From the NCBI RefSeq assembly GCF_040938485.1, contig NW_027271164.1, forward strand, positions 310,001-374,000: a stretch of 64,000 nucleotides of DNA, written 5' to 3'. Both the position numbers and the translations under genes were made by a program. The stretch is from Diadema antillarum (lineage: Eukaryota). Below the pieces are notes generated by a model. That model had not been told where the DNA came from, made no database searches, and worked only from the letters and a program-made list of their open reading frames with translations. This document shows, in pieces, positions 50,301 through 61,599 of the stretch. The number at the start of each line of letters is the position of its first letter. The stretch's first letter is position 1.

Positions 50301-53300
50301 ATATCGAAATGAAAATCATATCGTCTTCTTCATACATTTTGTACAAAATTAATACTGGGTTAATTTTTCCTGTAGGTTCTATACTACCCTGAGATTTAGA
50401 CTTCATTAAAATTGTGCTTATCATGCTGTAATCGACAATTATTGCCACAAATTCATGGTGTTAGTGTCGACATGAGACCAAACAATACATTGTATTTGCA
50501 ATCCGTTCATCCATGAGGTAATGTCGCGTATAATTGTCGAGTTCTTGTGCTCATTATTGTAGGAGTATAGTGTGTATAACATGCATGACTAGCCAATCAT
50601 CAGATTGATTGGGCAGAACAAATACTTGGAGGTTACTCCTGAATTCAGTCGTTCATTTTGCATCTACTGTTAATTTGGTTCACACCAGTCGATAAAGTTG
50701 ACGTGGTAACGCCTGTATGCGCAATGGTTAACTCCATAAAGCTTTGAAGCTATTTTGACCCCTTCCACGCGGGGTGGGGGGGGGGGGGGGGGACAGCACG
50801 GTAAATTTTACTATTTGATACGGTTGAAAATTCTCGAGGTCCACACATGGGGGCGTTTTTCGTTACAATAAAAAGGAATATATGATTCCTATGATGTATT
50901 GTCTGGGATTGTTTGCAGATAGATAATCATAAACAATGATACTACCGGTAAAACTCGTGAGAAAGATTCAAAATGACACTAAATAAAATCTTCGGAAAGT
51001 ACTGTATTTTTAATTATTTCTGTTACGTCTATTGCTTGATGCCTTTGTCACATGAAAAAATAAAGGAAATAATAAGACCATTTCAGCATCATTCACAACA
51101 GTAATTACTTCCTTATTCTTGTTCTCAGCAAATTACAGCCGAGAAAACCCAATTTCATCCACTTTTTTCAACTGAAATTTGAACAGAAAAACATGCAAAA
51201 TCTGATTGTCAGTTGGTTGTCAGTTTATGGTTGTCATGGCAACCAGCAATATCGGACATAGCTATATTATATATAATAATGTTTGCAATAAAATTCTACG
51301 AAAAGTTACCAAATTTGGTTGAAATAACAGTTAAAGGGCGTGGGAGTGGCAATTGGAAATAATGGTGGGGCACAATGTGCCCCTTTGAGCTTTATAGAGT
51401 CAGTACAATGCATGCATGAGATACCTTACACAAGGCCCCAACACAGGGTAACAGGTCTTCACCCGCTGAAAACACACAAACAAACGAACACGCACGCACG
51501 CGCGCACACACATAAATCATACACACACAAAGACACACACGCACACGCACACACACATACGCACGCAGAGGCACGCACGCACGTGTAAGCCTTCGATTTA
51601 CCTTTTTAATGTGATTGTATGCAGGAAATCAATGAGTGCGATTCGAACCCATGCTTGAACGGTGGGAGCTGCAACGACCTCTTGGCTGACTATTCATGCA
51701 ACTGTCCGGCGGGAACACAAGGTAAGATTGTGTCGATGCGATACGAAACGAATATGCTCGACATTGATTTTTGCTTATATGTATGAGGTATTATAGACTG
51801 CACAAAATGTTGGTATGATCATGAGTTCTCTATGCCTCTATGACGATGACTGGAATGAGAGGAAAATGATCTTGGATTAGGATGGTGTCAATGCAAATCA
51901 TCTTACCTTTCGAAAACTCTGAAACGCTATCACATTCCCAAAAGAACACTGTCATGACAATATTTGGATAATCGGAAAAACCACAACAGTCTAGGTACTT
52001 TTAAGGACCTGCCTTTAACTACAATGAATTGCACTTAATGTTTATTTTGGCCCTCAGCAGGGGAGGTATGTTGAACACAGTGATTAGAATTCCTGCTTGT
52101 TATGATTGATTTACAGGAAAAAACTGTCTGAACATCGATGAATGTGCTTCTTCGCCATGTGAACACGGTGGTACGTGCCAAGATTTCATAAACTACTTCA
52201 CTTGCGTTTGCGCTCAAGACTACAGCGGCGTAACCTGTCAGTTTGAGATCGATTACTGCGATCCGAATCCTTGCCTCAATGGAGCAACTTGTCTCGGACT
52301 GGACGACGATCGCGTAATCGAGTGTCAATGTGCACCCGGATACACTGGGGGAAATTGCTCTCTCGACATTGACGAATGTGCCAGTGACCCTTGTTTGAAT
52401 AATGGAACATGTGTCGACCAGGTAAATGGCTACAACTGTTCTTGTCCCGCTGGGTTTATTGGGACACATTGCGAATCAGATGTCCGCAATGAGTGCGAAT
52501 CGAATCCTTGTCAAAACAACGCGTCATGCGTTGACCAAGTAGGTGGATACGTGTGTGTCTGTATGGCTGGCTTCGCTGACGACCATTGCAATGAAGATAT
52601 AGATGAGTGCTCTCCGAATCCTTGCGTGTTCGGCAATTGTTCGGATAAAGTCAATAAGTACATTTGCGAGTGCGACCCGGGATACGCTGGTGTCAACTGT
52701 ACAGAGAACGTTGACGATTGTGATCCGAATCAATGTCAGCACAACTCATCTTGCGTCGATGGAATCAATAATTTCACCTGCTCTTGCTCTCCGGGCTTCT
52801 TTGGACGTTTCTGCGAGATCGACATCGACGAGTGTGCCAGCGCGCCATGCCAACACGGTGGACGGTGCGAAACCCCAGCAGTGAACGACTTCAGGTGCCA
52901 TTGCTCTGGGACGGGTTATACCGGGCTGCTGTGCCAAGAGGATGTGAACGAATGCGACTTTGACTTTGCATGTCCACCGGAGACTACCTGTGTCAACACG
53001 AATGGAAGCTATTCGTGCTCTCAGCCAGAGGGAACCACACCTTTGCCAGGACTGTGCCGCTCCAATATCTGCTACAATGGAGGCACCTGCATGATCGTCA
53101 ATGACACATATCAGTTAGTATTGATTTTCACTTTTATTTTATCCTGATGATGCTTAAATCAGAAAGAAGATAATTATACAAACTTACCCTTTATTCATGG
53201 CCATGAAGCCTTTTCTTTGCTTGACATAATCATTATTAGAAGATGATGCCAAGCAGGGTGAGAATGTCCTACACAGTCAAATTGACTAGGTGTAACAGGG

Positions 53301-56300
53301 AATATTTAAGACGGAATTTAAACGAGAGTCCGTTATGGGCGGTTTAATTGTTCTGGTTTGGCTGTTACGGTTCCAAAGGATGGGGGTAATGACTGAAAAA
53401 CGCGATTGCCCTACACTTTGTATCAGGTCGTTGTGCGATGTCCAGGAAAACGTTGACCAGTGACACAGGCAGAGGTACGCCTAAGATTTTTATGAATTTG
53501 GATCGCAAGGATTCAGGATTATGTCAGTATCGTTGTGCTAGGTTGTGCATGATTCTGGAGAGGAGAATATGAATTTTGAGTACGATAAGTTGTTAAATAT
53601 AGGAAGCCCGTGGAGGGATTTGAGAAGGGGTAGTCACATTCTCTTTTGTATGGGTTGAAAAGGGGAGCAGTTTCATTTCGTCGCAAAGGGGAAGATGTTT
53701 AGTATACAGGAGTCAAGATTGGGGAACTTTTTTTCTCCGTCTATCTGTTGTTTGTGAACAAAAATCTATATTCGACTTTCTGTCAACTATGATTCACAGG
53801 TGCTTGTGTAACAACGACTTTAAAGGGGAACTGTGTCAGACACCGACTGAGCCATGTTCTCCCAACCCCTGCCAGAATGGAGGGCTCTGTGAAGTACTGG
53901 TGGCTGGCAACGGTACAGTAAGCTATGAGTGCACATGTCTGACTGGTTACTTCGGAGTCAACTGCACACAGAGTAAGTAGACTCAACCATTAGCTCTCTA
54001 TTACTTATCACACTCACCAAGCTTGCAGACGGAGGCGACCTATACTAAAACATCCATGCCCATTTATGACAGCAGAGAGTGAAGGAAAAATGTTTCCATT
54101 ATTAATTGTACGACAATGGCATGTCTAGAGGTCTTTGTAAGTGGACTGTTGTGATCCTCAGTATTGCAAAAAATGGTTTCTTTAATATGTAATAATTACC
54201 GAGCATTGATCATAGAGGGGTATACATCCCGTACTCTCCCTCTCACCCCTCCCACTTCAGACCTATCCCAGAAAGCATCTCTAATCCAACAGCGCTTGTG
54301 AGAAAAAAACAACAACTGAAAACAAGAGAACAAAACAGAGACATCCCTAAAAACAGTAAGGTTGAAAATAAAAGGTGCGAGAAAAAAAAAATTATCATTT
54401 GATAGATATGAATTCTGCCAACAAAGAAAGTGAATACTCGAGTACAATTTTAGAGGTGTGAGCTGAAAATTAAGTGAGAGATGATTCCTACTAATGTAGA
54501 AACGCATCCTTTGTGAAATGATTACCTGTTTGTGTTGTCGATTGAAAATTTTTGTGTACAGATAGTATGCAATTCAAATTAGTTCGTATAATCCGTCATG
54601 TCTCCAATATTGTTTAAAACTTTTGGTAAGACACACATACACGCACAGACACACACAGACACACATACACACACTACAAAGACAAGCAAACGAACAAACA
54701 GATCAAAGTATTAATGAATGGGAATACAGTCCGCAATATCAAACCGTAATTATTTCTCTCCAAATGAATATATCTTTCTCATTTTTGTTCGACAGGTGCT
54801 GTCGTATCTCCGGGACCGCAGTCGGTAAGTTGATTTTGCAATTCTGTCTTATCATAGCTCGGTGCTTTTATTATTATCATTATTATTGTTATTCAATAAA
54901 ACGTTTTTTATCGAATTATTATTTTTGAAACGCTTTCATAGCATGTGTAAATAGATGATCGTAATATTCACTTTTATTTCGCTTTATTCCAGTCGGCACC
55001 CATATGGATCAGTGCTCCCATTTTGCTACTGATCATCGTTATCATCCTCGTGTTGGCATTGTTCATCTACATAGTGAGAAGGTAAGCTCTTCTGCATGCT
55101 TATTTTTTTCTGTTCGTTTTATGCCTTCGCAAATTATACGAATTTGATATGCATTAAACGCTGTGCCATGAAAGCTGATATTTTCAAAACAATATAATGC
55201 CAGGTTGCCCATTTACGTTTCTTCCAAGATTCTCAAGCATGGATATCATGCAATTACGGAACGGTTCAGAAAATAATTATACATTACGGAAAACCGAAAA
55301 AAAAAAAAGAGACATGGCTTATCCTGACGTCCGACAGTTGCTATCCCCACAAAGCTAAGCCTTTTAGAAAATTATGTTGTTGTTGTTGTTGTTTTTTCAG
55401 GAACAGGAAGAAAGATCGGTTGGTAAACTCGCCTGTAGTGCTAGCTAACCCTCATGCCGATACGGTGGTCCTTCCCGGAATGAGCTCTCCCGAGGCCCCG
55501 CCCTTGCCCCCTAAGGGAAAACTCGGCCAACCCGATGGGTCTGTGGTCTTTACCAACAATCTGTACAGTGATATGGACATTGAATCGCGTGGGGCTTGTG
55601 CCCTTCCACCGTTACCTCCTCCGTACACAGTATCTGAAAATAGTGACTACCATGGCATTGAAAATCCCTATGCAGAGGGAAACTACATGGGAACTGATCC
55701 ACTTAAGGCTAGCAGTGGGTCAACAAAAGAACCGCGAAGTCAAGCAGTTGAGAACGATTACGAAATGGCGCCCGACCTCTTTCACTCTGAGCAAGGCCCT
55801 AGGGTGCAGAATGAGTACACGATGGACCCAGCGGCCGCTCCTGTTCATGCTCCAGATGGACCCTACTCAACAAAGATCTTCCCCGGAAAGGATGACTCAG
55901 AACAGAGGGCACAACCCAATGTGAGACCACTGTCCATCTCTCTTGATCCTCCAGCTACCAACCCAGAAAATGATTACGTTCTTCCTTCTTCCCCTGCCAA
56001 ATCCCAATCCCCTTCTACCCCTGCTAGCCCTTACTCAACTGCCATCTATGCTCAAAAGGCTGACGAACCGTCACCATATTCTGGTTCTGCGGACCCGTAC
56101 TCCACCAAAATATTCCAAGGCAGTGACGCATCTCAACCGACCACTCCGGTGAGCCCCCAGTCACCAACGTCTCCCAACAGTGATCATACCTCAACCATCT
56201 CTACTCCCAATAATGACTATGCTTACCCAACAGCATTCGATGCCAAGCCAGATGAGGTCTCCACCCCTCCAGCAAATCACTACGCACAGCCTACCATACC

Positions 56301-56430
56301 ACCTGTACCACACTCACCAAAGGCTGATGGTCCCAGTGAGAACGTGTACTCCAATACCTCTCGTCCTGGAAGCTATTCCAAACTCCCGTCTGTCCCCGAT
56401 GCCTCTCTCGATACGGCTGATGACAACTAG
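35929..56430 (+). CDS. Gene 2: Notch-ligand-like (C2/MNNL-DSL-EGF) type I membrane protein with a long Tyr/Pro-rich cytoplasmic tail; complete 11-exon model, 1022 aa
   Basis: Exons: 35929-35976, 46465-46604, 47233-47371, 48336-48493, 50071-50239, 51625-51721, 52117-53113, 53800-53972, 54796-54824, 54993-55081, 55401-56430. All introns are GT-AG with phases 0,2,0,2,0,1,2,1,0,2. Total 3069 nt in frame from ATG to TAG. Paralogous to gene 1. Confidence 0.92.
39428..40042. mobile_element. Non-autonomous DNA transposon (Kolobok-like foldback MITE) with TTAA TSD
   Basis: TTAA|AGGACAAGTTCACCTTCATAAACATAAGGATTGAG ... CTCAATCCTTATGTTTATGAAGGTGAACTTGTCCT|TTAA. The arms are complementary over about 200 nt. 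TTAA TSD plus AGG termini fit Kolobok. Confidence 0.85.
40235..40271. repeat. (GTCT)n microsatellite
   Basis: Direct reading. Confidence 0.9.
41802..42331. mobile_element. MITE with CACTG-type TIRs and arrayed subterminal GGTGTTAA/TTAACACC motifs (CACTA/EnSpm-like)
   Basis: Left CACTGCAAAAAGTCCGGTGTTAAAT versus reverse complement of right TACTGTAAAAACATCGGTGTTAGAT. More than 10 internal copies of the motif in both orientations. No clean TSD. Confidence 0.7.
44289..44335. repeat. (CA)n microsatellite
   Basis: Direct reading. Confidence 0.95.
46465..46604 (+). CDS. Gene 2 exon: C2/MNNL part 1
   Basis: tgacag|GCA...CGTGG|gtgagc; [47 protein letters not shown]. This frame is absent from the ORF track. 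Confidence 0.88.
47233..47371 (+). CDS. Gene 2 exon: C2/MNNL part 2
   Basis: atacag|C...TTTTCG|gtaagt; [46 protein letters not shown]. Confidence 0.9.
48336..48493 (+). CDS. Gene 2 exon: C2/MNNL part 3
   Basis: aaacag|AAC...GCTAC|gtaagt; [53 protein letters not shown]. Confidence 0.9.
50071..50239 (+). CDS. Gene 2 exon: DSL domain
   Basis: ttgcag|A...AATGTG|gtaagt; [56 protein letters not shown]. Confidence 0.92.
51625..51721 (+). CDS. Gene 2 exon: first cbEGF
   Basis: atgcag|GAA...CAAG|gtaaga; [33 protein letters not shown]. Confidence 0.92.
52117..53113 (+). CDS. Gene 2 large exon: 7 complete EGFs, one 4-Cys EGF, start of next EGF
   Basis: ttacag|GA...TATCA|gttagt; 997 nt open frame that extends ORF 52395-53147 upstream. 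Confidence 0.93.
53800..53972 (+). CDS. Gene 2 exon: end of split EGF plus last EGF
   Basis: tcacag|G...CAGA|gtaagt; [57 protein letters not shown]. Confidence 0.92.
54796..54824 (+). CDS. Gene 2 29-nt micro-exon: juxtamembrane stalk
   Basis: cgacag|GT...CAGTCG|gtaagt; [10 protein letters not shown]. It converts phase 1 to phase 0, as needed to join the TM exon. Confidence 0.8.
54993..55081 (+). CDS. Gene 2 exon: transmembrane helix
   Basis: ttccag|TCG...AGAAG|gtaagc; [30 protein letters not shown]. Confidence 0.9.
55401..56430 (+). CDS. Gene 2 terminal exon: 343-aa Tyr/Pro/Ser-rich cytoplasmic tail
   Basis: tttcag|GAACAGGAAG; NRKKDR followed by ORF 55420-56430. GC-elevated, coding-like sequence. 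Confidence 0.9.
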
Positions 56431-57272
56431 TCCAGCTCGGTTTAAGATGGGCACAAGGTCTGCTCATCTACGTACTCAACAATTGAATTCTTTGATTTGA
56501 GATGGTATAACGACCATTGTTCGTCGCTGGCGACGAAAGAATTTATAAATGCGATGAAAAAAAAAAATCTTTCGTGACCCAACATAAATGAGTGACGTAT
56601 ATTTTAGCTGCATTACTATCAAACAATAGTAATAATGCTGCATGCTAATTGTGATGATGGTAGATACTTATTAATGTTATTATTATATTTCAATAGTGTG
56701 TTTTACGATGTATTTTCAGAGTAACATTGGCATCGTGTGTAGAATGACACTCATTATTCGTTCACGGCTTTTCCCATTAATTATTCGGTGATCTCTCTGT
56801 ACAGTACTTTCATGTTGGAATCCTTATTGTCTGCAGCTAGTGCAAGTATTTCGGTGAGAGATTTTCAAGTTTCTATCTTTCTTTTTCTTGGCCAGTTTCC
56901 TTATTTGTAAGAATGTTTGTATAAGTTCGATTATGCTTAAATACTTTGGAATAACAGGCGACTTGCGTTCGGACAGGGAGTTGTGCGAGGGAGAGAGATC
57001 AAAAGTACACAGACTCCATCCTCAGTCCATACGTCTGCCACATAAATATATATATTTTTATTCAATACACAATACACATACTCATGTAATAGAGAGAGAG
57101 AGAGAGAGAGAGGGAGGGAGAGATGGAGTTTGTTGAATATACATGTAGTATATTAAAGTATGTAAGTATAGCTTTTAAAGTGCGCGAGGAAAGCGTATAA
57201 CGATGGTCTCATAGAACTGACATTTTTTGACATTGTTATTTTCCATACCGTCGCTGCGCGTTGTTGCGTATA

Positions 57273-57628
57273 TTTGTTTGTTTGTTTCATTTCCATCTGA
57301 GAAGATGGCTGGATAGCCCATATTCAGCTGCAATAGCTGGCCTCCCATGGGGTCCAGTTAGATGTGAGGTGGGACCAATTATTCACCGGGTTAAACACCC
57401 TGTATGCTCTTTGCGATGAACAAATGAAGCGGCATCTTTTACGTGCATCAGTTGTGGACTATACACAAGACCTCCATTTATGTCTTATCCGAGGGACCGA
57501 GTGTGTTGCCTCTTAGCTAGAGGGGACGGTATGATTACACACAACATTGCCTCTGTGGGACCTGGGAATCGAATCGGGGTCTTTTGGATCGTGAGGCAGA
57601 CGCGCTACCGACTGAGCTAACTCACCGC
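57273..57628 (-). mobile_element. tRNA-derived SINE
   Basis: Minus-strand head GGTGAGTTAGCTCAGTCGGTAGCGCGTCTGCCTCACGATCC...GATTCGATTCCC carries the A and B boxes. An unrelated body follows, ending in an (AAAC)n tail at about 57273-57287. Confidence 0.8.
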
Positions 57629-59097
57629 ATGTATTCTGTATTGTGACTTTAATGAGCAACTCTTGTAAGTGTTTATACTGTGAATTTCGGCATCCCATTA
57701 CCAATACGCCTTAAATGTTACGTCACACGTCACATCCCATTATATACTTATTCTTATATCATACCAGGAAAGTCGTATAACAGCTCGAAAATGTACTATT
57801 TTGCTAAACACAAGTCATTCGTTTTATCGCTTGTCTGAAGAGTGTTGGGCTCTTTTCGCCTGAAGAATCTGTAATTATGAATACACGTGTAAATTTTGAG
57901 GTTCTTCATTTATACATAGTGTGTTCTTACATATTATACAGTTTTACGCATGTACAATGACATAAAACGAACACTAGTATATACCACTGTTTTGGACTAC
58001 TATCATAATATATGCACGTTGTATTCGACATTTTCTACTTTTTGTACATGTAGTGTCTTTTTCCCTTTGTGCTGATTCGATGTGACATAAAAATGACTGT
58101 ATTCTTGAAGAGCCTACGAGTATCCCTGTTTACATGGCAACCCCATCCTGCGAACCAATTTTGCCAATCTTTTATCATTGTCTTCTTATATGAACTGAAA
58201 AGGTTGTTGATATAGTAAATTTTTGTGTTTGTGTTTGTGAGAAATATAATTACCCCATGATTCTCAGTTGTCCAAGACACATATCTGGTGTCTGCCTATT
58301 ATATGCAATTATTGTATAATAAATTATAACATACTTTATTTCTTCATAAATCAGAGCATGTATATGGACAATCCTAGGTTACTATAAACCTGCCCACATT
58401 AGGCAGGTAAGTACAAGGAAAGATACAGTACTATATATTACAACACAATGTCACTGACAAGGGCACAAAATATACAAATGAGATCAGTATTGAAATGCTG
58501 CACTTTTATTTTTCACAGTCTCCATTCATCCATTACGTACAATGCAGAAGAAAATGTCCCTTGTATTGTCTCCTTTATGTTTGTCTCCATTCGTGTGAAC
58601 GAAATGTGTATGTTGTTTTTCACCCTTAAATATTGTTGTCAATCAAATATATTTTGAAGAACTTGTATGTGCAGCATCCGTGTGGTGTCAGCGAACAATG
58701 ATAAACTATACAACCTTTTACTATTTTGTACAAAAATTTTGTTCATGTATACTTATTATGATACCCTATCACAAACTGTAAATAGGCCTTTCCTCTTTTT
58801 GTCCTTCGAAATAATTATACTTAATAGCGGCATAGTAATCATAATAATAAGAGAGTAACATTATTGCACTACATATAGAGAAAGACTTTGAACTCAACTT
58901 GCTTTGCATCGACCAAAATAAGAAAGAAGAGTACTATAATGTTTTGTGCAAATTCCAACACAAAAAGGAATAAAGAAAAGACAAATTGACCGGAAATGTG
59001 CATTATTTTTTCTTCAGCATATACATGTCTGTCGTCTGTCAAGATATTGTTGATTTGTACAGTAATGTAGTATCATACGATGTAATCATGCAGACTG

Positions 59098-59283
59098 NNN
59101 NNNNNNNNNNNNNNNNNNNNNNNNNNNNNNNNNNNNNNNNNNNNNNNNNNNNNNNNNNNNNNNNNNNNNNNNNNNNNNNNNNNNNNNNNNNNNNNNNNNN
59201 NNNNNNNNNNNNNNNNNNNNNNNNNNNNNNNNNNNNNNNNNNNNNNNNNNNNNNNNNNNNNNNNNNNNNNNNNNNNNNNNNNN
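59098..59283. other. Assembly gap (N run)
   Basis: Ns. Confidence 1.
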
Positions 59284-59303
59284 ATCTATATGAAGTAGTT
59301 AAA

Positions 59304-59572
59304 AGGGCTTGACTCTAACATTTTCTGTGATGGCCAGTTCGGGCCACTAGAATCGTTGAATCTCAAATTTTGGTGGACTGAGAAAGAACTGTAGTGGCTT
59401 GAAGTAAACGACCACATGACAATCCATCGGGGCAACCTAAAGTTACTCGTTTTGTAAATTTGGTGGGGCGACATCAATTTTTAGTTGCTACGGGCCATCG
59501 AGCAAACACTTGCCAAAGGGCAAGGTGCCCGACACTGTGTGATTCCAAAATAAAATGTTGATGTAGAGCATG
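59304..59572. mobile_element. Degenerate hAT-like MITE
   Basis: Eroded TIRs (AGGGCTTGACTCTAACATTTT versus reverse complement CATGCTCTACATCAACATTTT), with internal GGCCAC/GGTGG motifs also seen at about 34680-34810. Confidence 0.3.
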
Positions 59573-60627
59573 AAAAGTTTCCACAGTATAATAATACGTA
59601 ATAGAATATTATTGTGACCGTGCTCCACAAAACCAACAAAAAATTGCACGCCGTGATTTCACGTGAGGACTCCAAATAGGTGAAACGGGTTAACATAGTC
59701 AATCTTGAGTTATCTTATATTTTCTGAAAGAGCAATCCTTCTACATGATATCAGAGTTTGGGATCATAAAACAAAATGTTGAATTTCTTCTTAGCAGTTT
59801 TTGTAGAACACTTTGTTTGCGAATAGAGAGATTCCCGGAGAGATTAGGTATATTACTACATGTCATAGAGGCCCCTTTTCATTTCTTTACGCACTGCACT
59901 TTCAACTCTAATCCCTTTGAGAAAATGCTTTAAAAGTTAGCATTGTAGTCATAAATAGGATGTGCTGATAGAGCGTGCTCAATTTCAGCCTAATCTGATA
60001 ATCCCTTCATTGTTGTTCCTATGGTGTTTTACATCTTTTTGTCGTTGTTGTTGTTGTTTCTTTTTCCCCATTCATTGTGCAGCTAGCACGGCTTGGTATA
60101 AGTGATTGAATAGACCCTGTACTTCAAAAACTCTTCTTTTTTTTTCAGTACACACTTTTCCAGAATGTGTGCGTTCTTTCAAATATTTAGATATTATAGA
60201 AATATGTAGAGTCCATTTGATTTGAGTTAAACATTATCATAAAGCTTTAGGTCTGGTTTGTTTTTCCGAATCTGTCCTTATACTCTGTCCTGATTTATGG
60301 GCGCTGCAACACAAAAACTGCGACGGGAAGCGATTGGTTGCATTTTGTTATTAGGGGGCTTTTGTAGAAGCCCCAACGAAGACCAGCAAGGTTAATTTAT
60401 TTTGTCTTAATTGATTTATTTTATAATAGCAAAAGAGTACAGTATACGGATTTGCTTTTAATATCTATCTGGATTATTCAGGATAATCAATCATATTCAT
60501 TAGGACTGATTATACACATAAAAACAAACCCTTTTTTTTAAAGAATAAAATTGGAATAGGAATGTGATAGATGTTGATGACCTTGTTGCAGTGTACATCC
60601 GAATTGAAAATTTACACTCTGCTTTAA

Positions 60628-60750
60628 AGGGGAAATCCAGTCCAATTCGTTAGTCTGATAAGAAAGAGTAAAATATTACGTGTTCAACGGTAAAATTTTG
60701 ATCAAAATCGGGTGAAAAATAAGGAAGTTATAACATTTTCAAGTTTCGTT
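60628..60750. mobile_element. Solo end of a Kolobok-like element
   Basis: TTAA|AGGGGAAATCCAGTCC...TTTGATCAAAATCGG...AAGTTAT. It has the same terminal style as the other two; no partner end seen. Confidence 0.45.
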
Positions 60751-61031
60751 ATTATGCCAGAGGCTCAAATCCTAGTAGGCCTACTAATAACCAACTGGTC
60801 ACTATTTGGGTTATTCAACCAGGAATAACATCATATTTCAGACTTTAATGATAGAAACATTGAATATTTTGGAATTCAATAGCACCTTAGTACATGTATA
60901 ATGTAATAAAAAATATATATCTATAATAGCAACTGCACCTTAAAAAAAAATGTGTCAATATCAACACAGTACATAAATAATGATCAAAATCAGACAGCTG
61001 GTACAGCAGTACTAGCAAAAACAAAATTGGG

Positions 61032-61036
61032 AAAAA
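61032..61036 (-). terminator. Pol III oligo-T terminator of tRNA-Leu
   Basis: TTTTT on the minus strand, 4 nt past the tRNA 3' end. Confidence 0.75.
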
Positions 61037-61040
61037 GTTA

Positions 61041-61123
61041 TGTCAGGAGTGGGATTCGAACCCACGCCTACAGAGTAGACTACGACCTGAACGTAGCGCC
61101 TTAGACCGCTCGGCCATCCTGAC
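61041..61123 (-). tRNA. tRNA-Leu(CAG): tRNA-Leu, anticodon CAG
   Basis: Reverse complement GTCAGGATGGCCGAGCGGTCTAAGGCGCTACGTTCAGGTCGTAGTCTACTCTGTAGGCGTGGGTTCGAATCCCACTCCTGACA. 83 nt, with paired acceptor, anticodon (CTACG/CGTAG), variable and T stems, and intact A and B boxes. Confidence 0.97.
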
Positions 61124-61599
61124 TACATGTCAACTGTGGGGCACATGTAAATTATATACACTACAACAATACTTGCACCGCACGTGTTACGTATTCACTA
61201 CTGTGCGTGTGCGTACACGCGCGTGTATAATCTTCGGTACCACCATGCACATACGTTGCTTATTTTCCCCGATATTACACAGTGCTGCGACATTTCGAAT
61301 GACTACCGCTCACTGAGCGAGTGATACGGTATTTAAATCTTCGTTTTCGATAGGTTATGAATTCCGTATGTAAATGTCAATAGAAAAAATAGAGCTGAAT
61401 AGATCAAGTTTATGACTACATAGTTTGAGTAACAAATATGGTGTAATAGATTTAAAATCGTGTTGTCGCTCCGAAATTAGATGATTGCTTGGCCTCCAGT
61501 AGGTACGGTACGCGTACGGTACAGCCCTGTCGCGACAGAGCTGTTAAAGTGAGTATCTATAGAGACTAGTCAAAGCTTGATATTTGTTTGGTTTTTCTT

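Noticed and set aside
14866-56430. Assigning the symbols Delta or Serrate/Jagged
   Set aside because: No DOS motif, incomplete DSL contact residues, no vWC domain and atypical tails. Orthology needs a phylogeny.
3097-58245. Su(H)/CSL sites YGTGRGAA (for example 3097, 17341 reverse, 23473, 33279, 54297)
   Set aside because: About the number expected by chance in 64 kb, with no paired-site arrangement.
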